Shown here one piece after another: positions 12,427 to 24,429 of a stretch of DNA of 64,000 bases. Numbering within the stretch: position 1 is the stretch's first letter; every line of letters begins with the position of its first letter. Origin of the DNA: Camelus ferus. Its lineage: Eukaryota. The stretch spans positions 62,312,001-62,376,000 of the forward strand of contig NC_045707.1 in NCBI RefSeq assembly GCF_009834535.1. Reading direction: 5' to 3'. The position numbers and the translations under genes are program-made. Under the pieces are notes generated by a model, which ran no database searches, was not told where the DNA came from, and saw only the letters and a list, made by a program, of their open reading frames with translations.

Positions 12427-13319
12427 ATATATTGTACCTAAATATATTCTGTAGGGATATAAAATAAACTAATATGATTACTTGTAAATAAATAAACCTC
12501 ATGTTGAGAGTTAAAAAGAAAATATATGAATACAGCTGATTTGTCACCTTAAACCAAATCAAAACCTATACCTTAATATACTTCAGACTTGCAGATGTGA
12601 ATAGGAATTATTTTTCTTTTAAAAGCATACATTATTAAATTTCAGAGCCTAGGTTACAAAATCAAGCAGAGATATTTCATGACTGTCTTGGCATAGGTGG
12701 GAATACTAAGTTGTTCTTTTCCCAGACTATTTAGACGGAAGCTAGATGGTTTTTCTTCATTTTGATTTATCCAAATAATGACATCAATCTTCTACATTCA
12801 AAGATACACAATCACATTTAAAGATAATCTAATTTTAACCCACATATCTAAGTATTCTATAGTTTTACATCGACTTCAATATGCCTAAACACTTCTTATT
12901 CACAACAATAACAGCACACCACTGACACCACTTTTCTTTGTTTCTCCACCTTGGCTGTGCTCTTCCCAACTTCAGCAGAAAGCCAAACCACCCAAGGGGA
13001 AGCCCTGACTCGCGTCCAGCTGCTAACTGGTGTATGCCTCACAGCCTGAGTGCTAATTCTTTCTCTGAGAAATTGGAAAGGCTCCTGCAAGCTGCTGGTA
13101 AGCTTTAATAGAGAGGAGGTAAGTGAACAGATTGTCCTTTAGAACTGGCCAAATTTCAGTTTCCATATTGAAAAATAGACTTCAAGAAGGTTTTTGTTTT
13201 TGTTTTATCCCTCTTTACTCTTTAATGTTTTGTTCTTTCAACCAAAAGTGTCCCTATCCTGGGTTTTGTGGGTCTCAGTTTTATTCTAGTTTAAAGTATA
13301 CATCCTTATTAGCACAACT

Positions 13320-13413
13320 GCCACGTGGCTATGCATGTAATCCGAGCTGGGTATCCATTTACCTCCCACGTGGCATCAGGGGAATACTCACTTGATCCTT
13401 CCCGGGGGCGGCC
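13320..13413. promoter_or_regulatory. Candidate cis-regulatory element: two CACGTG E-boxes and a GC box
   Basis: gccacgtggc 13320-13329, cacgtg 13367-13372, gggggcggcc 13404-13413; CpGs locally retained in apparently non-repeat sequence. Function is unproven. Confidence 0.35.
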
Positions 13414-13624
13414 TGGTGGGACCCTCTTAACAGAGTAACAGAGTAGGATGGTGTCCAGCGCCCAGTATTCCTCTTTCTCAGTGAAGGACAGGCCAGTCTG
13501 TATTCAGGTGATAACAACGTGATTTAATTTTTCACCTGCTTTTTGATTAAGTTCTCTGGTGTGCAGAAGAAGCAGAGGGAATAATTTCAGCTTCTTTATG
13601 CTTGAGCAATGTTGTGAAATGAAG

Positions 13625-13770
13625 GAAGCACTATACTGAGAGGCAGAACATTTGCATTATGTTTTTTCATCTGTTTCTCCTTGGCTGGTCGTCCTCTCAC
13701 TCTGGGCCTCAGTTGCCTCCTCGGTAAAGTGGAATAATAATAATATCTACCCGCCTAACGTGGGGCCTGT
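13625..13770 (+). mobile_element. MIR fragment
   Basis: 'ctctgggcctcagttgcctcctcggtaaagtggaataataataatatctacc' matches the MIR core. Confidence 0.7.
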
Positions 13771-13885
13771 ATTAATTAACATACCAGGTTCGTGGAAAAT
13801 CTAGGTTTCAGCCACAGTAAAAATAAACAGGCTCATCTGAAGTTTACCAGTTCCCCAAAGAAGCTCTTATGCTAATAATAGGTAG

Positions 13886-13919
<34 letters not shown>

Positions 13920-14049
13920 AAGTAAAATGCCCACCACTCAGGGTAGTGGTAGGAAAGTAATTTATTGACTATTCACTCCCTATTTAGTACTGTGAAGGCG
14001 CTGAAATGAAATACTGAGCAAAACCAACAATGTGTCTAACCTCCTAGAG

Positions 14050-14381
14050 GTGACTGAAGAAATAAAGGCTGCTGTGCTAGGTGGAAGCACAGGGAGGAAT
14101 GTGGGCTGTCAAGAAGTAAAGACCCCTGGCTGACAGCCAGCAAGGAAATGGGAATCTCAGCTGTGCAGCACCATGGACCCGAGTTCTGCCTGAAAACGCC
14201 TGGAATTGGATTATATCCAGAGCCTCCAGTAAAGAATGAAGCCTTGCCAACATTCTGATTTTAGTCCTGTGAGGTCCATGTCAGACTTTGACCTACAGAA
14301 ACTGTGAGGTAATACATTTGTGCTGTTTTGAACTGCTAAATTTTGGGTAATTTGTTGTGGAAACAGTAGAAAACCAACACA
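14050..14381 (+). mobile_element. MLT1E-like MaLR LTR (3' portion)
   Basis: 'ggctgacagccagcaaggaaatgggaatctcag...ccagagcctccag...tgacctacagaaactgtgag...gtaatttgttgtggaaacagtagaaaaccaacaca'. Confidence 0.85.
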
Positions 14382-14599
14382 GTCATTTCCTACTAGTACT
14401 CTAAGGTGCGGCTGCCTTCCTGTCCCTGAGGGAACACCTCAGAAGGAGTGCAGGGAGCTGGATCAGCAAAAGGGGAAAACAAACTGGCGGGAGTCAAAAT
14501 ATTCCTTTTACACTTTTTCACCTTATACTGATATGATGTTCTGTAATTAGATTACAAAGGCTTTACGAGACCTTACATACAAAGTAAGTTGTAAAATAC

Positions 14600-14600
14600 G

Positions 14601-14627
<27 letters not shown>
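14600..14627. repeat. (GT)14 microsatellite
   Basis: Directly visible. Confidence 0.97.
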
Positions 14628-14635
<8 letters not shown>

Positions 14636-15924
14636 AAGATATGGATTAATAGTTCTTCATATAAGAACATGAATATATGAAGAACTAGTAATTGAACTTC
14701 ATATGTTTAACTCAATATCCTCTGAGTTGAACCTCAGTAAAACTCCATGAATTGAGTATCTTTCTATGTGTGCTATACATAAGAAATTGAGCCTCAGAAA
14801 TTTTTAGTGGTTACCTAATGTCAAAGAAATAAAATTCTGTCTGTGCAAAGTAGAGCCAACTCTAGGGAAATAAAATGTCTAAAATTAGTGAATTTGCAAA
14901 AGTAGCCTGAGATCACCAGGGCTTGGTGAAAAAGTTGGAAGACAGCTTGGCCAAGTGTAGGAGTATCTTAGGGCAGCCTGCATCTCACTATTTATCATGA
15001 TAAAAGTACGGGAGTTTTCCATTGATAGACTTAAGGTGCCTTGTCATTATTTCCAAATGAAGCATCTCCATAGCAAAGGGCCCATGTGACGAAACTCTGT
15101 GGAGTAGACCACCACAGCATGCACTCAGTAAATATTAAGCATAATAACTCGACACAGTCACCATTAATGGTTCATCTGAGAAGCATTTAAACTTAAAAAA
15201 AGAATTCTTCCTGTAATAATTTTAGTAGGTGGGGGTGAGGAATAGAAACAGGGGAAGTAATCCAAGGTAGATTTTCTGTACAGGAAGGACGTCCTATAAC
15301 CCTCTGTATAATCAAACATCTTTCTCCAAAAGGAGCCAGCATTTGAGTACCTGCCATAGAGAAATAAATGAAAACCAGTTAGTATCAGCTGAAGGATTAT
15401 AGCATCCCACACAATGGAGACAATTTCTGTATCTCTAATGTGGAGTTGCCGTTCTAACCTCTCCTTCCTCTGCATCTTCCCAGGTAGAGGAGTAAGTGCA
15501 AGAAGAGGTCCAGGGAGAAGAAAAGATCTTGTCTCCACTCAACCCAAACTGATGGAAGGAACTATGAGGCTAGACTAAATTTGGGAAGGAGCAGGATGGA
15601 ATCACATATGTGACTGAAAACATTTAAAATGACTCAAATTCATGGATTCAAATGAGAAGCAATTATAGTAATCAACTACACAGTGTGAAGGGAGATTTCA
15701 AACTCTGTATAACAAGTATTAGACAAAATAGAAATATCTTCTACTTATACTTTAATGATGTTCAATTCATTGCACAAACTAATTTCACATTACACTGTTT
15801 GTATCTATGTCTATATCTATATGTATTTAAGTTAAGGAGTATCCTACTAGAACTGTCACAAGAAAATTTTAAAATTTGTTGAAATATTCTTTAGATGAGC
15901 CATTAAACTGATGTTGTGTGGGGT

Positions 15925-16135
15925 AATTATACTTAATTTATTGAGCACTTACTGAGTAGGACACTGCTCTAAATATTTTACATGTGTAGCATTATTCAAA
16001 TTATCAAAGCTATCTTAATAACCCTGGTAAGATGAGAAAACTGAGGAATGCTGTGTTTAAATACTGTGCACACCTCAGAATTATTAAGTACTTGAGTTAG
16101 GATTTGAACACTTGAAGTTACACACTGGGGCTTTT
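15925..16135 (-). mobile_element. MIR SINE
   Basis: 'atttattgagcacttact...acactgctctaaatattttacatg...agatgagaaaactgagg...aggatttgaac'. Confidence 0.8.
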
Positions 16136-16349
16136 GTGCCAAACTTCCTGTTCCTGGAAAAAGCATGAAAGGTTCAAAACAGAAATTCAAAGTTCACTCC
16201 AAATTGTTCCAAAGCTAAAAGGATCAATTATGGATAATGAAAGAATCAACCTACTTCCACAAACATAATACTTAAGTCTGACAATCCCTTGACTTAATTT
16301 CACTGGCTTGACACATGTTCATTCATTCATTTCTCCTCAACAAGATTAG

Positions 16350-17100
16350 TTCACTCCTTAGCACTTCTATTGAAAGTTTTAAAATTTTAATTTCAGTGAT
16401 TACAGTTTTTAATTCCAAGATTTTTCAAGTGATCCATTTTTAATCTCTCTCTGTACAAACACCCACTACTTAATTTTGAGTTCTAATTAAACCTCTACAT
16501 TTGAGGATTTAAGCTTACTTTTACAAAATATTATACGTATCATTACTTGATCTCTATTTTCTTAGATGCAAAGTTTCCTGCCTGTTGAATCTTTCAAATA
16601 TTGAAAATTCTCTGCAGCCTTTACTAGAGAAGTAGTTTCTTGTCAGCCTCAGTAAGAGCTCTTTATGGTATAAGAAGCAGATGTCAGGCTATCGGGTTGT
16701 TTCCAGGATCTTACCTGTAGATAAGCAGTCTTGAACTCGAGCTCACATGTAACACAAACTAAATTATTATAATTTGTAAGTGCATTTACTCTGGCCCACT
16801 GAATATTCAGAGTGACACACAATGACTTCATCCCAAGTAGAGAGTAAAGGTGGACCCTGGTGTTTTCCTGGATTCCAGGGGTCACACAGGCAGCTTACTC
16901 TCCTAACCCTACCTCACTCCCATATATGTAGGGAGTCTTCTAAGAATTCTAAGCTCCTAGTGGGTTAAGTTTTGCCACTCTTGCTTCTCTGATATTTCTC
17001 TATTCAGGCCATTATAATCTTTTCTTTCTTTTATTTTTAAGTGTTATAGTTAATATTTTTTCAATACTATGGACTAGAATAGATAAAGTTCTTTTGCTCT
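16350..17100 (-). mobile_element. Ancient L1ME/HAL1-like 5'/ORF1 remnant
   Basis: 'attttaatttcagtgattacagtttttaattccaagattttt' is typical antisense old L1 ORF1; the rest is very diverged. Confidence 0.45.
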
Positions 17101-17377
17101 CTGGCCACATAGACCAAAACCTTATGTTTTCATAAAACACAGTTATAAAAGGATCTTTAAACATGCAATAGTGCTTACTTATATGCATTATTGTTCTGTT
17201 TATGTAGAATTTTCACACATGATTTCAGGACTTAAAAAAACCACTTTTTTGAGATATATTATTTTTATTTTGTGTGCAACTATTATTTGATTAATGGTTT
17301 GAAATCTTCTAAAATTCTGTCAATCTGAAGAAAGCAGAATCTTACTATCTACTAGTTTTACATTTTTATAATTTCTG

Positions 17378-19310
17378 TGAAAAAAGGAAATATAAGGTAT
17401 ATAGATTGGAAAAGAAAAACTAAAATTATCTTTGTTCACAGTTGAAATAATTGTCCTTGTGGAAAATCCAAAAAGAATGACAAGAAAACTCCAAGTTATA
17501 AGCAATTATAGCAAGGTTGAAGGATACAAGGTTAATATATAAAAATCAATTACTTCCCTATTACCACAACAGACAAATGGATTTAAATTTAGAAACACAG
17601 TATCATTTATATTAGCACCTCCAAATAAAATATTTTTGTATAAATCTAATAAAATATGTACAAAATCTATAGAAGAAATACTGCAAATCTCTCAAATCTC
17701 TGATGAACAAAATCAAAGAACTAAATACATAAAGGAATAAATGTTCATGGATAGGAAGACTCAGCATTGTTAAGATATCAGTTCTTCATAGTTTCAAAAC
17801 ATCCTTATCAAAGTTCTAGTGTTGCTTTGTGGATACCAACAGATTCTAAAGTTTATATGGAAAGGCAAAAGACTCGGAAAAGCCAACACAAATTTAAAGA
17901 ACAACAGAGTTGGAGGACTGACCTCAAGACTTACCATAAAAGTTTTAGTAATCAAGTGAGTGTGATATTAGTAAGAGGCTATACAAAGGTCAATGGAACA
18001 GAATATAAAGCCCAGAAATAGACCCTAGTAAATATAACCAACTGATCTTTGGCAAAGGAGCAAAAATAATACTATGGAGAAAATACACTCTTTTCAACAA
18101 ATGGTGCTAAAACAACTAGACATCCATCTGCAAAAAAAGAGAAGAACCTAGACACAGATCTTACACACTGTTAAGACACTGTTAAGAGTGTTAACGTTGT
18201 TAAAACACACTGTTAAGAAAATGAAAGGACAAGCCATAGACTGGGAGAAAATATTTGCAAAAGACACACCTACAAAGGAGTGTAAAACAAAATATACAAA
18301 GAAATTTTAAAACTCTACAATAAAGAAATAAACAGCTCAATTAAAAATAGGTCAAAGGTGTTAACAGACACTTCACCAAAGAAGATATACAGATGACAAA
18401 TATGCATATGAAAAATGCCTTACATCGTAAGTCACCAGGGAAATGCGCTTAAACCAACAGTGAGATATTCTGATACAATTATTATGGCCCAAATCCAGAA
18501 CACTGACCATATCAAATGCTGGCAAACATGTGGGACAAAAGGAACTCTTTCATTGTTGGTTTAAAGGCAAAATAGTACAGCTGCTTCAGAAGGTAGACAG
18601 ATGGTTTCCTATAAAACTAAACATTATTTTACCATACACTACTTGGTATTTTACCAAATAAGAAGAAAATTTATATCCACATGAAAACCTTCACATGGAT
18701 GATTCTAACAGCTTTATTCGTAACTGTCAAAATTCAGAAGCAATTAGTTGTCCTTCAGTAGGTGAATGGAGAAAAAAAACTGTGGTACATCCATACAATG
18801 GAATATTATTCAGTACTAAAAAAGAGAGGAGAAAATAGGCCATGAAAAGATACGAAGGAACCATAAATGTACTTACTAAGTGAAAGAAGCCAATCTGAAA
18901 TGGCTATGTACTCTATGATTCCAGCTATATGATATTCTAGATAAGGCAAAACTGTGAAGACAGTAAAAAGATTAGAGGTTCTTAGAGGGGAGAAAAGGAT
19001 GAATAGGCAGAGTACAGTGGACTTTTAGGGCAGTGAAACTAGTCTGTATGATACTATAATGATAGAAACATGTCATTGTACATTTGGCCAAACTCATAAT
19101 ACGTAACACCATTAAGTGAACCCAAGTATAGATTATAGTTGCTGGGTGATAATAATTTGTCACTTAAAACAAGTGTACAACTCAGGTGGGAGATGTTGAC
19201 AATAGGGAGAATATGTACATGTGGGAGAAGGGGTATATAGGAAATATCTTCACCTTTTCCCCAATTTTGCTATGTACTTAAAATTTCTTTAAAAAATATA
19301 ATCTCTTAGA
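17378..19310 (+). mobile_element. L1MC1-like element: ORF2 3' half plus 3' UTR
   Basis: 'gcaaggttgaaggatacaaggttaatatataaaaatcaatt', 'caactgatctttggcaaaggagcaaa', and tail 'ccaattttgctatgtacttaaaatttctttaaaaaata'. Frameshifted and internally deleted. Confidence 0.92.
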
Positions 19311-19454
19311 AAGTGTAAAGGTTATTAAAGGCAAATGCTACATGTCAAAAGTTAGAGATCATCTGCAGAAGTAGAAAGCAAAGTGGAAAAAATACTAAAA
19401 CTACATTCATTTGGTACTTGTTAATTGGGATTGTTAATTCAACTTTAAACATTT

Positions 19455-19568
19455 CAACATTGTAAACTGACCATTCTTCAATAAAAATATATATACAAAA
19501 AAATACACCAGAATTTGACACAACATTGTAAACTGACTATACTTTAATAAAATACATACACAAAAAAA
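19455..19568 (+). mobile_element. Two head-to-tail very short young L1 3' ends
   Basis: 'caacattgtaaactgaccattcttcaataaaaatatatatacaaaaaaa' then 'tacaccagaatttgacacaacattgtaaactgactatactttaataaaatacatacacaaaaaaa', flanked by taaacattt (19446-19454 and 19569-19577). Confidence 0.85.
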
Positions 19569-21240
19569 TAAACATTTGTTGAAATTCTAATATGAGCAGT
19601 TGTAATATGGTAAAAAGACCATTAGTTTGGAGGAAGAAGAACTAAATATATTTCCTACCTCTTAAATTTAAATTGTGAGTTATCTTTCAGCTATTATTTA
19701 CCCTGATAAACATAAACATTGCCTTTTATCAGATAAAAATAATAAATCTCTCTTTAACTATAGTTTGGCTTATTAAGTGGAATCATATTTTGAAATTATC
19801 TAACAGAGTTAATTAAACTAAGTGTTAACTGAATATTAATCAAGAGATAATTTGATAATCAAATGGAAGATTTAAATGAGAAGAATCTCCAATAAACTCA
19901 TGGGTGACATGCTTTTGTTTTCTTCGTCTGTTTGATTTAAAGTTATTTGAATTTGAGAACAATAGATATTTATTACTACATAATCCTAGCACTGGTGCCT
20001 GGAAAGTACAAAGCAAACATATTTGTTGAATATTGAATAATACTAAGACAGTTTATGTACCTTTCATTGATTAACACTGTGTTCTTTAATTTTTCACACT
20101 TTCTTATTTATCATTCAACAAATACATGATAATCAAGAACATTGTATAGAGTTGACTCCAGCTTCATCAGTTACTCACATGGCTCATCATTATTTTAATG
20201 TTAGTGACAGTGTTTGGTCAATAACATATGAAGGAATGCAATCTACACAATAAGAGCTCATTATGTTATACATAATAAAATCATTATGGAGACGTAACAA
20301 AATTTCAAAAATAAAATAATTCAAAGTCAAGATATTCAAAATACCAAAATCCTTGGTGCTCCAATTATTTTCATATAGTTTGCTTAGTAACTCATTAAAG
20401 TTAGGACTTAGGCTTTTTATTGGCAGTGGTTTCTTCAATACACCATTATTTGAGATTCCTCAAACCAAAGTTATCAACTTCTCTGTTAATAATTATTTCT
20501 TGTTTTGATAAGTTTATTGAATAAAGGAATCATACAGTCTGCTCTTGAATAGATGGCAATTACAAAGTTAAGAAATTACTGTAACAAGGGTATAGAATTA
20601 ATCAGCTCTATGTTTCATAGCACCATGTGCATGCCCTGATGCATTGCTTTCAGCAACCCAACAGCTGTTCTTTAATGCATTTTTTATGTCTCCAAGTAAT
20701 GCTTTCATGATGAATTATGGCACATTCAACCAGAATTAATAATGCACCAAAAGCATGTGTGAAAAATTAAGTAAAATCTTTACAGAAGAGTTAAATTTGA
20801 TTTGAAATATTAAATTTTAAAAAAGTGTGATAATTTATCAGCTGATAAAAATCCCACCTTGTAAATATCTTCAATGGCCAAGAATGATCTAATAATTAAC
20901 TTATGAGAAGTAACTATTCACCTAAGGAGGGGAGAGACTCACTCACTTGTGGTCACAATAAGAATAAGTTTAGATCTTTGAAAGAACTACCAAAAAATAT
21001 TGTTAAATCTGGAATTTTAACTTTGAAAGACCCTCATGTTATATATATTCTGTTACTGAGATGCTGGCTTCTCCGTCCCTGTCAACAGTGGAACATGCCC
21101 AGTAATTTTAGTTTTCTTCCTCACTTTGACCTAAATGAACCCTGCCAGAAGAGCCTTGAGATGCGTCATTTATATTGCAGTATGAATTAAGTGAAATCTA
21201 TTCCACTAGCAAATATTCTTGGAATGGTGATAATTGAGAC

Positions 21241-21982
21241 TGTTGGCAGTCTGAGTCCAATTAGGAGAGAGAGTACACAGTCATTTGAGCAGGGAATGTT
21301 CAATGTGAAGAAATATTAGCTATGACAAGAAATTGGTGTAATGTCGCATAGGCTGGTAAGAGATAAAGAAAAACTAAAGAATACAGGTAGAGCTGATATA
21401 AAGAACAGCCATTCCCTCTATGGCTGAGATGGAACATTCAAAGGAAAGGCTCCCACAGGGCTGAGATACAGATGATATGAGAGGACAAAGCCATGGCTAA
21501 CTGGATGGCAGAGAAATCACTTTGATGCAATACATGCAAAACTTGCTGGAAATCTATACCCTAATGCTTGCCAGCTCTCCACCCACTAGGGTTCTGGGGC
21601 AAGTTCTTCACTGAGAAGTATCTCACAGGAGACACTCTACTACAAAACCACTCAAGGAGGATATGTGGAGGAAGCTGCTGGTGGTTGAATGCTGCTGGCT
21701 TCAGTGCACTGCAGAAGTCAAGATCTGAAAACCTGCAAGTTTATCAGGAACCAGGTGCTGGAGAAAGTTTCTGCCCTGCAGGAGCCTGATAGGAAGGCTC
21801 AAGGGAATCAGAAAGCAAAATCCTTACCTCCTACAATGTCTCTCCAGTCCCCTCTACTGATAATGCTGAACATTGTACCAGCTGACAAAGCAAAAATATT
21901 TAAAGGGCACAGATCCATCTTTACAGAGCAAGCAAAATTTGTGAATTAGGAGGTGAGAGTTAATAAATCAATCACTGGCAGA
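21241..21982 (-). mobile_element. ERVL solo LTR (LTR50/LTR40-like)
   Basis: Reverse complement starts 'tctgccagtgattgatttattaactctc...gccctttaaatatttttgctttgtcagctggtacaatgtt...agtagaggggactggagagacattg'; about 740 bp; flanks gagac/gtgac (4/5 TSD). Explains ORFs 21568 and 21689. Confidence 0.75.
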
Positions 21983-22729
21983 GTGACATAAATGCAGAGG
22001 GGCACTTATCTGTGCTCCCGAGACAGTTGTGGTTGAAAATGTGGTATACTTGTCATGGAAGACACGTGACATAGACAGCAGTTAGATGTGAAATACAGAG
22101 GGAAGAGCAATGATCAAAGGAACAGGGAGGAAATAGAATAAAATAAATACAAAGTCCCAATTAGTTGTTATGTAGCTATTCAATTTTTGATGGTTTCTAA
22201 ATTAAGTGATAGATCTTACTTAATAGACAATTGGGACAATAAAGGATTTTAAGTAACTGGCTAAGGAATTCAAAATGTTCTCTAGAAATATTACACCTAT
22301 ATAGTGAATGAGACAGATAAAGCCACTGCAAGGTCCCCGGGCCTTATCTCTTACCATGAAATAAATAGGTCTATTTCCATTCAAGCAAATGTATGCACAG
22401 AAAAGCAAATTGAGGAGAGAATAAATATGTAAACTGATGCTTGGAAATATGTTGATTTCCTAAATGAGCTTGTAAATTAGTGGCCCTTATTTTGCCCTAT
22501 ACTTGAGAGCAGAATCAGCCACAGTTCATACAATATGCAGGCATGATCATAAAAAAGAGGTCATATCAAGCTACAGTAAAGACGAAAACTATTCTTTACT
22601 ACTCTGTAACCTTATACTTTAAAAAAATAATAAATATATGTTAATTATTCAATTTCAGAAATCATGGGTGTTCAATATTCTTCATTTATTATCTTTAAGT
22701 TAACTGTGGTGACGTTTTAACTTCAATAC

Positions 22730-22935
22730 AGAGCATAGTAAACTGAAAATACAATCAAAAGATATGGGTTCCAGTCTAGACTATGTGCTCTGCTTTCCAT
22801 GTACTGTCAGGCAATAAAAGTGACCTTTAACACAGAGATGCTAATGTAGCTCATGATTGCTACAGAAATAAAATAAAATAATGTAGGTGAAACATTTTTA
22901 TTAATTGGAAAGCATTATATCAATACAAGGCATTT
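22730..22935 (+). mobile_element. MIR (diverged)
   Basis: 'agcatagta...aaagatatgggttccagtctagactatg...aataatgtaggtgaaacattttattaattggaaagcattat'. Confidence 0.6.
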
Positions 22936-23573
22936 ATTTTGATTTAATTCAACTGTGTTGAGGAATGCTAGTCTACTAAATAACAAAGACATCTCTTGAA
23001 GAATCAATTTTTCAAAATTTATTCAGGCTATCCTTTATCAAGGTTATCTTCCCTATGTATATCCTGGAGAAAATTCATTTTTCTCCCCTGATCTGAACAG
23101 CAAAGAACATAATGTCAAAGTTAAGGTTTTTTGATAGGCATTCCACATCTCATGGAATCCTCATGCATGTTTCATATCTGATCTTAACAATTACTCTAAT
23201 GTTTATATTTATCAAATTAATATGCCTCAATATTGTTAAATTATTATCTGCATCACCTTTTCCTTTTTCTATAGATCTTCTTATTCAAGGGACATTACAA
23301 ACTTGTTCTTAATTTTCCAAGACATAATTCTAAACCTTCCTTTGACATATTTTATAATTTAAACCATATGAATTTAATATCTATGTTAACATATTTATTT
23401 TTAGCTTAAGTTTAAATAGGTTTAAAATTTTCCTGCTGCTAAACTTACATAATAAATAAAAGCTCAACAAATAACTATTATTTTTGCAGAAAACTGTTTT
23501 ATATGGGTCACATATCTCAAGTAATGAAAGTTAAAGAATGTAATATTTATTTTCATTAATTAAATATATATGT

Positions 23574-23596
23574 TATATATATATATATATATATAT
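23574..23596. repeat. (TA)n microsatellite
   Basis: Directly visible. Confidence 0.95.
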
Positions 23597-24429
23597 TCAG
23601 CACTCAATTTGCATTTGACAGAAGAATCTAGCAATCATTATCACTTTGGATTATGCCATTCCAAGAGGAAATAGCCTCATAATGTAGCTCCAAACTGGCA
23701 TTTATTCCAGAAGTTGAAAGGGAATTTTGCTAGGGTAAGAATAATAGAATAAGGCTTGACACTGGAACCTTACCTACTTTTGTATAGTATTTCTCTCTGT
23801 AGAATAAGGAAATACAAAACATGAATTGTCCAGCAATATGAGGGCCATGAGCAAAGTGCAAACCAAGGCTGAAGTATAAAATCAGAAGCTTGCTTATATT
23901 TATCCAGAATGAGCACGTCAGGCCACCATATTTCTGATTTTAGTTGAAGTAAGCCTAAGTGTTGCATAATGCAGGATCATCCTGAGATGGAATGACCTGG
24001 TCAAATATTATGAAAAAGCAAAGGTACCGTAACATAATTGTGAGACGATAAAATGCAAATATCAGTGTTTGATGGCATTTAAAAATATTTTACTTGATCA
24101 CATCAAGACGGTAATTAGCCTAATAATAAACTTAGGTCACAGAAACTACTGAACTATTAAATAGCTTTAGAAATTTTAAAAGCTATTGATTTACCAGGTG
24201 ATGTGTATCTTTTCCTCATTACACACTATAATGATTTTACCCACACAGCAGAACATGAGCCTTATTGTTAATTAGAAAAACTGCATGTGTCACAAAAGAT
24301 TATGTTTTCATTTTTTAGAAGTCCCTTAAATTTACATATGCGATAATGTTAAAAATGTTTCATCTTAAATTGAGTGTAACTGTTGATTATCCCCACCCAC
24401 TTTTTTAAACGGGATTGAAAACTAACTGT

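Noticed and set aside
13889..13916. Poly(A) run as the tail of a processed pseudogene (also 29917-29936 and 37041-37060)
   Set aside because: No upstream mRNA-like body and no TSD identified; treated as simple homopolymers.
23621..23740. Exon candidate (tttgacag ... agg|gtaaga)
   Set aside because: Stop codons in all three frames and no other support.
24160..24187. Imperfect palindrome aatagcttt...aaagctatt
   Set aside because: 9-bp AT-rich arms are expected by chance at this base composition.
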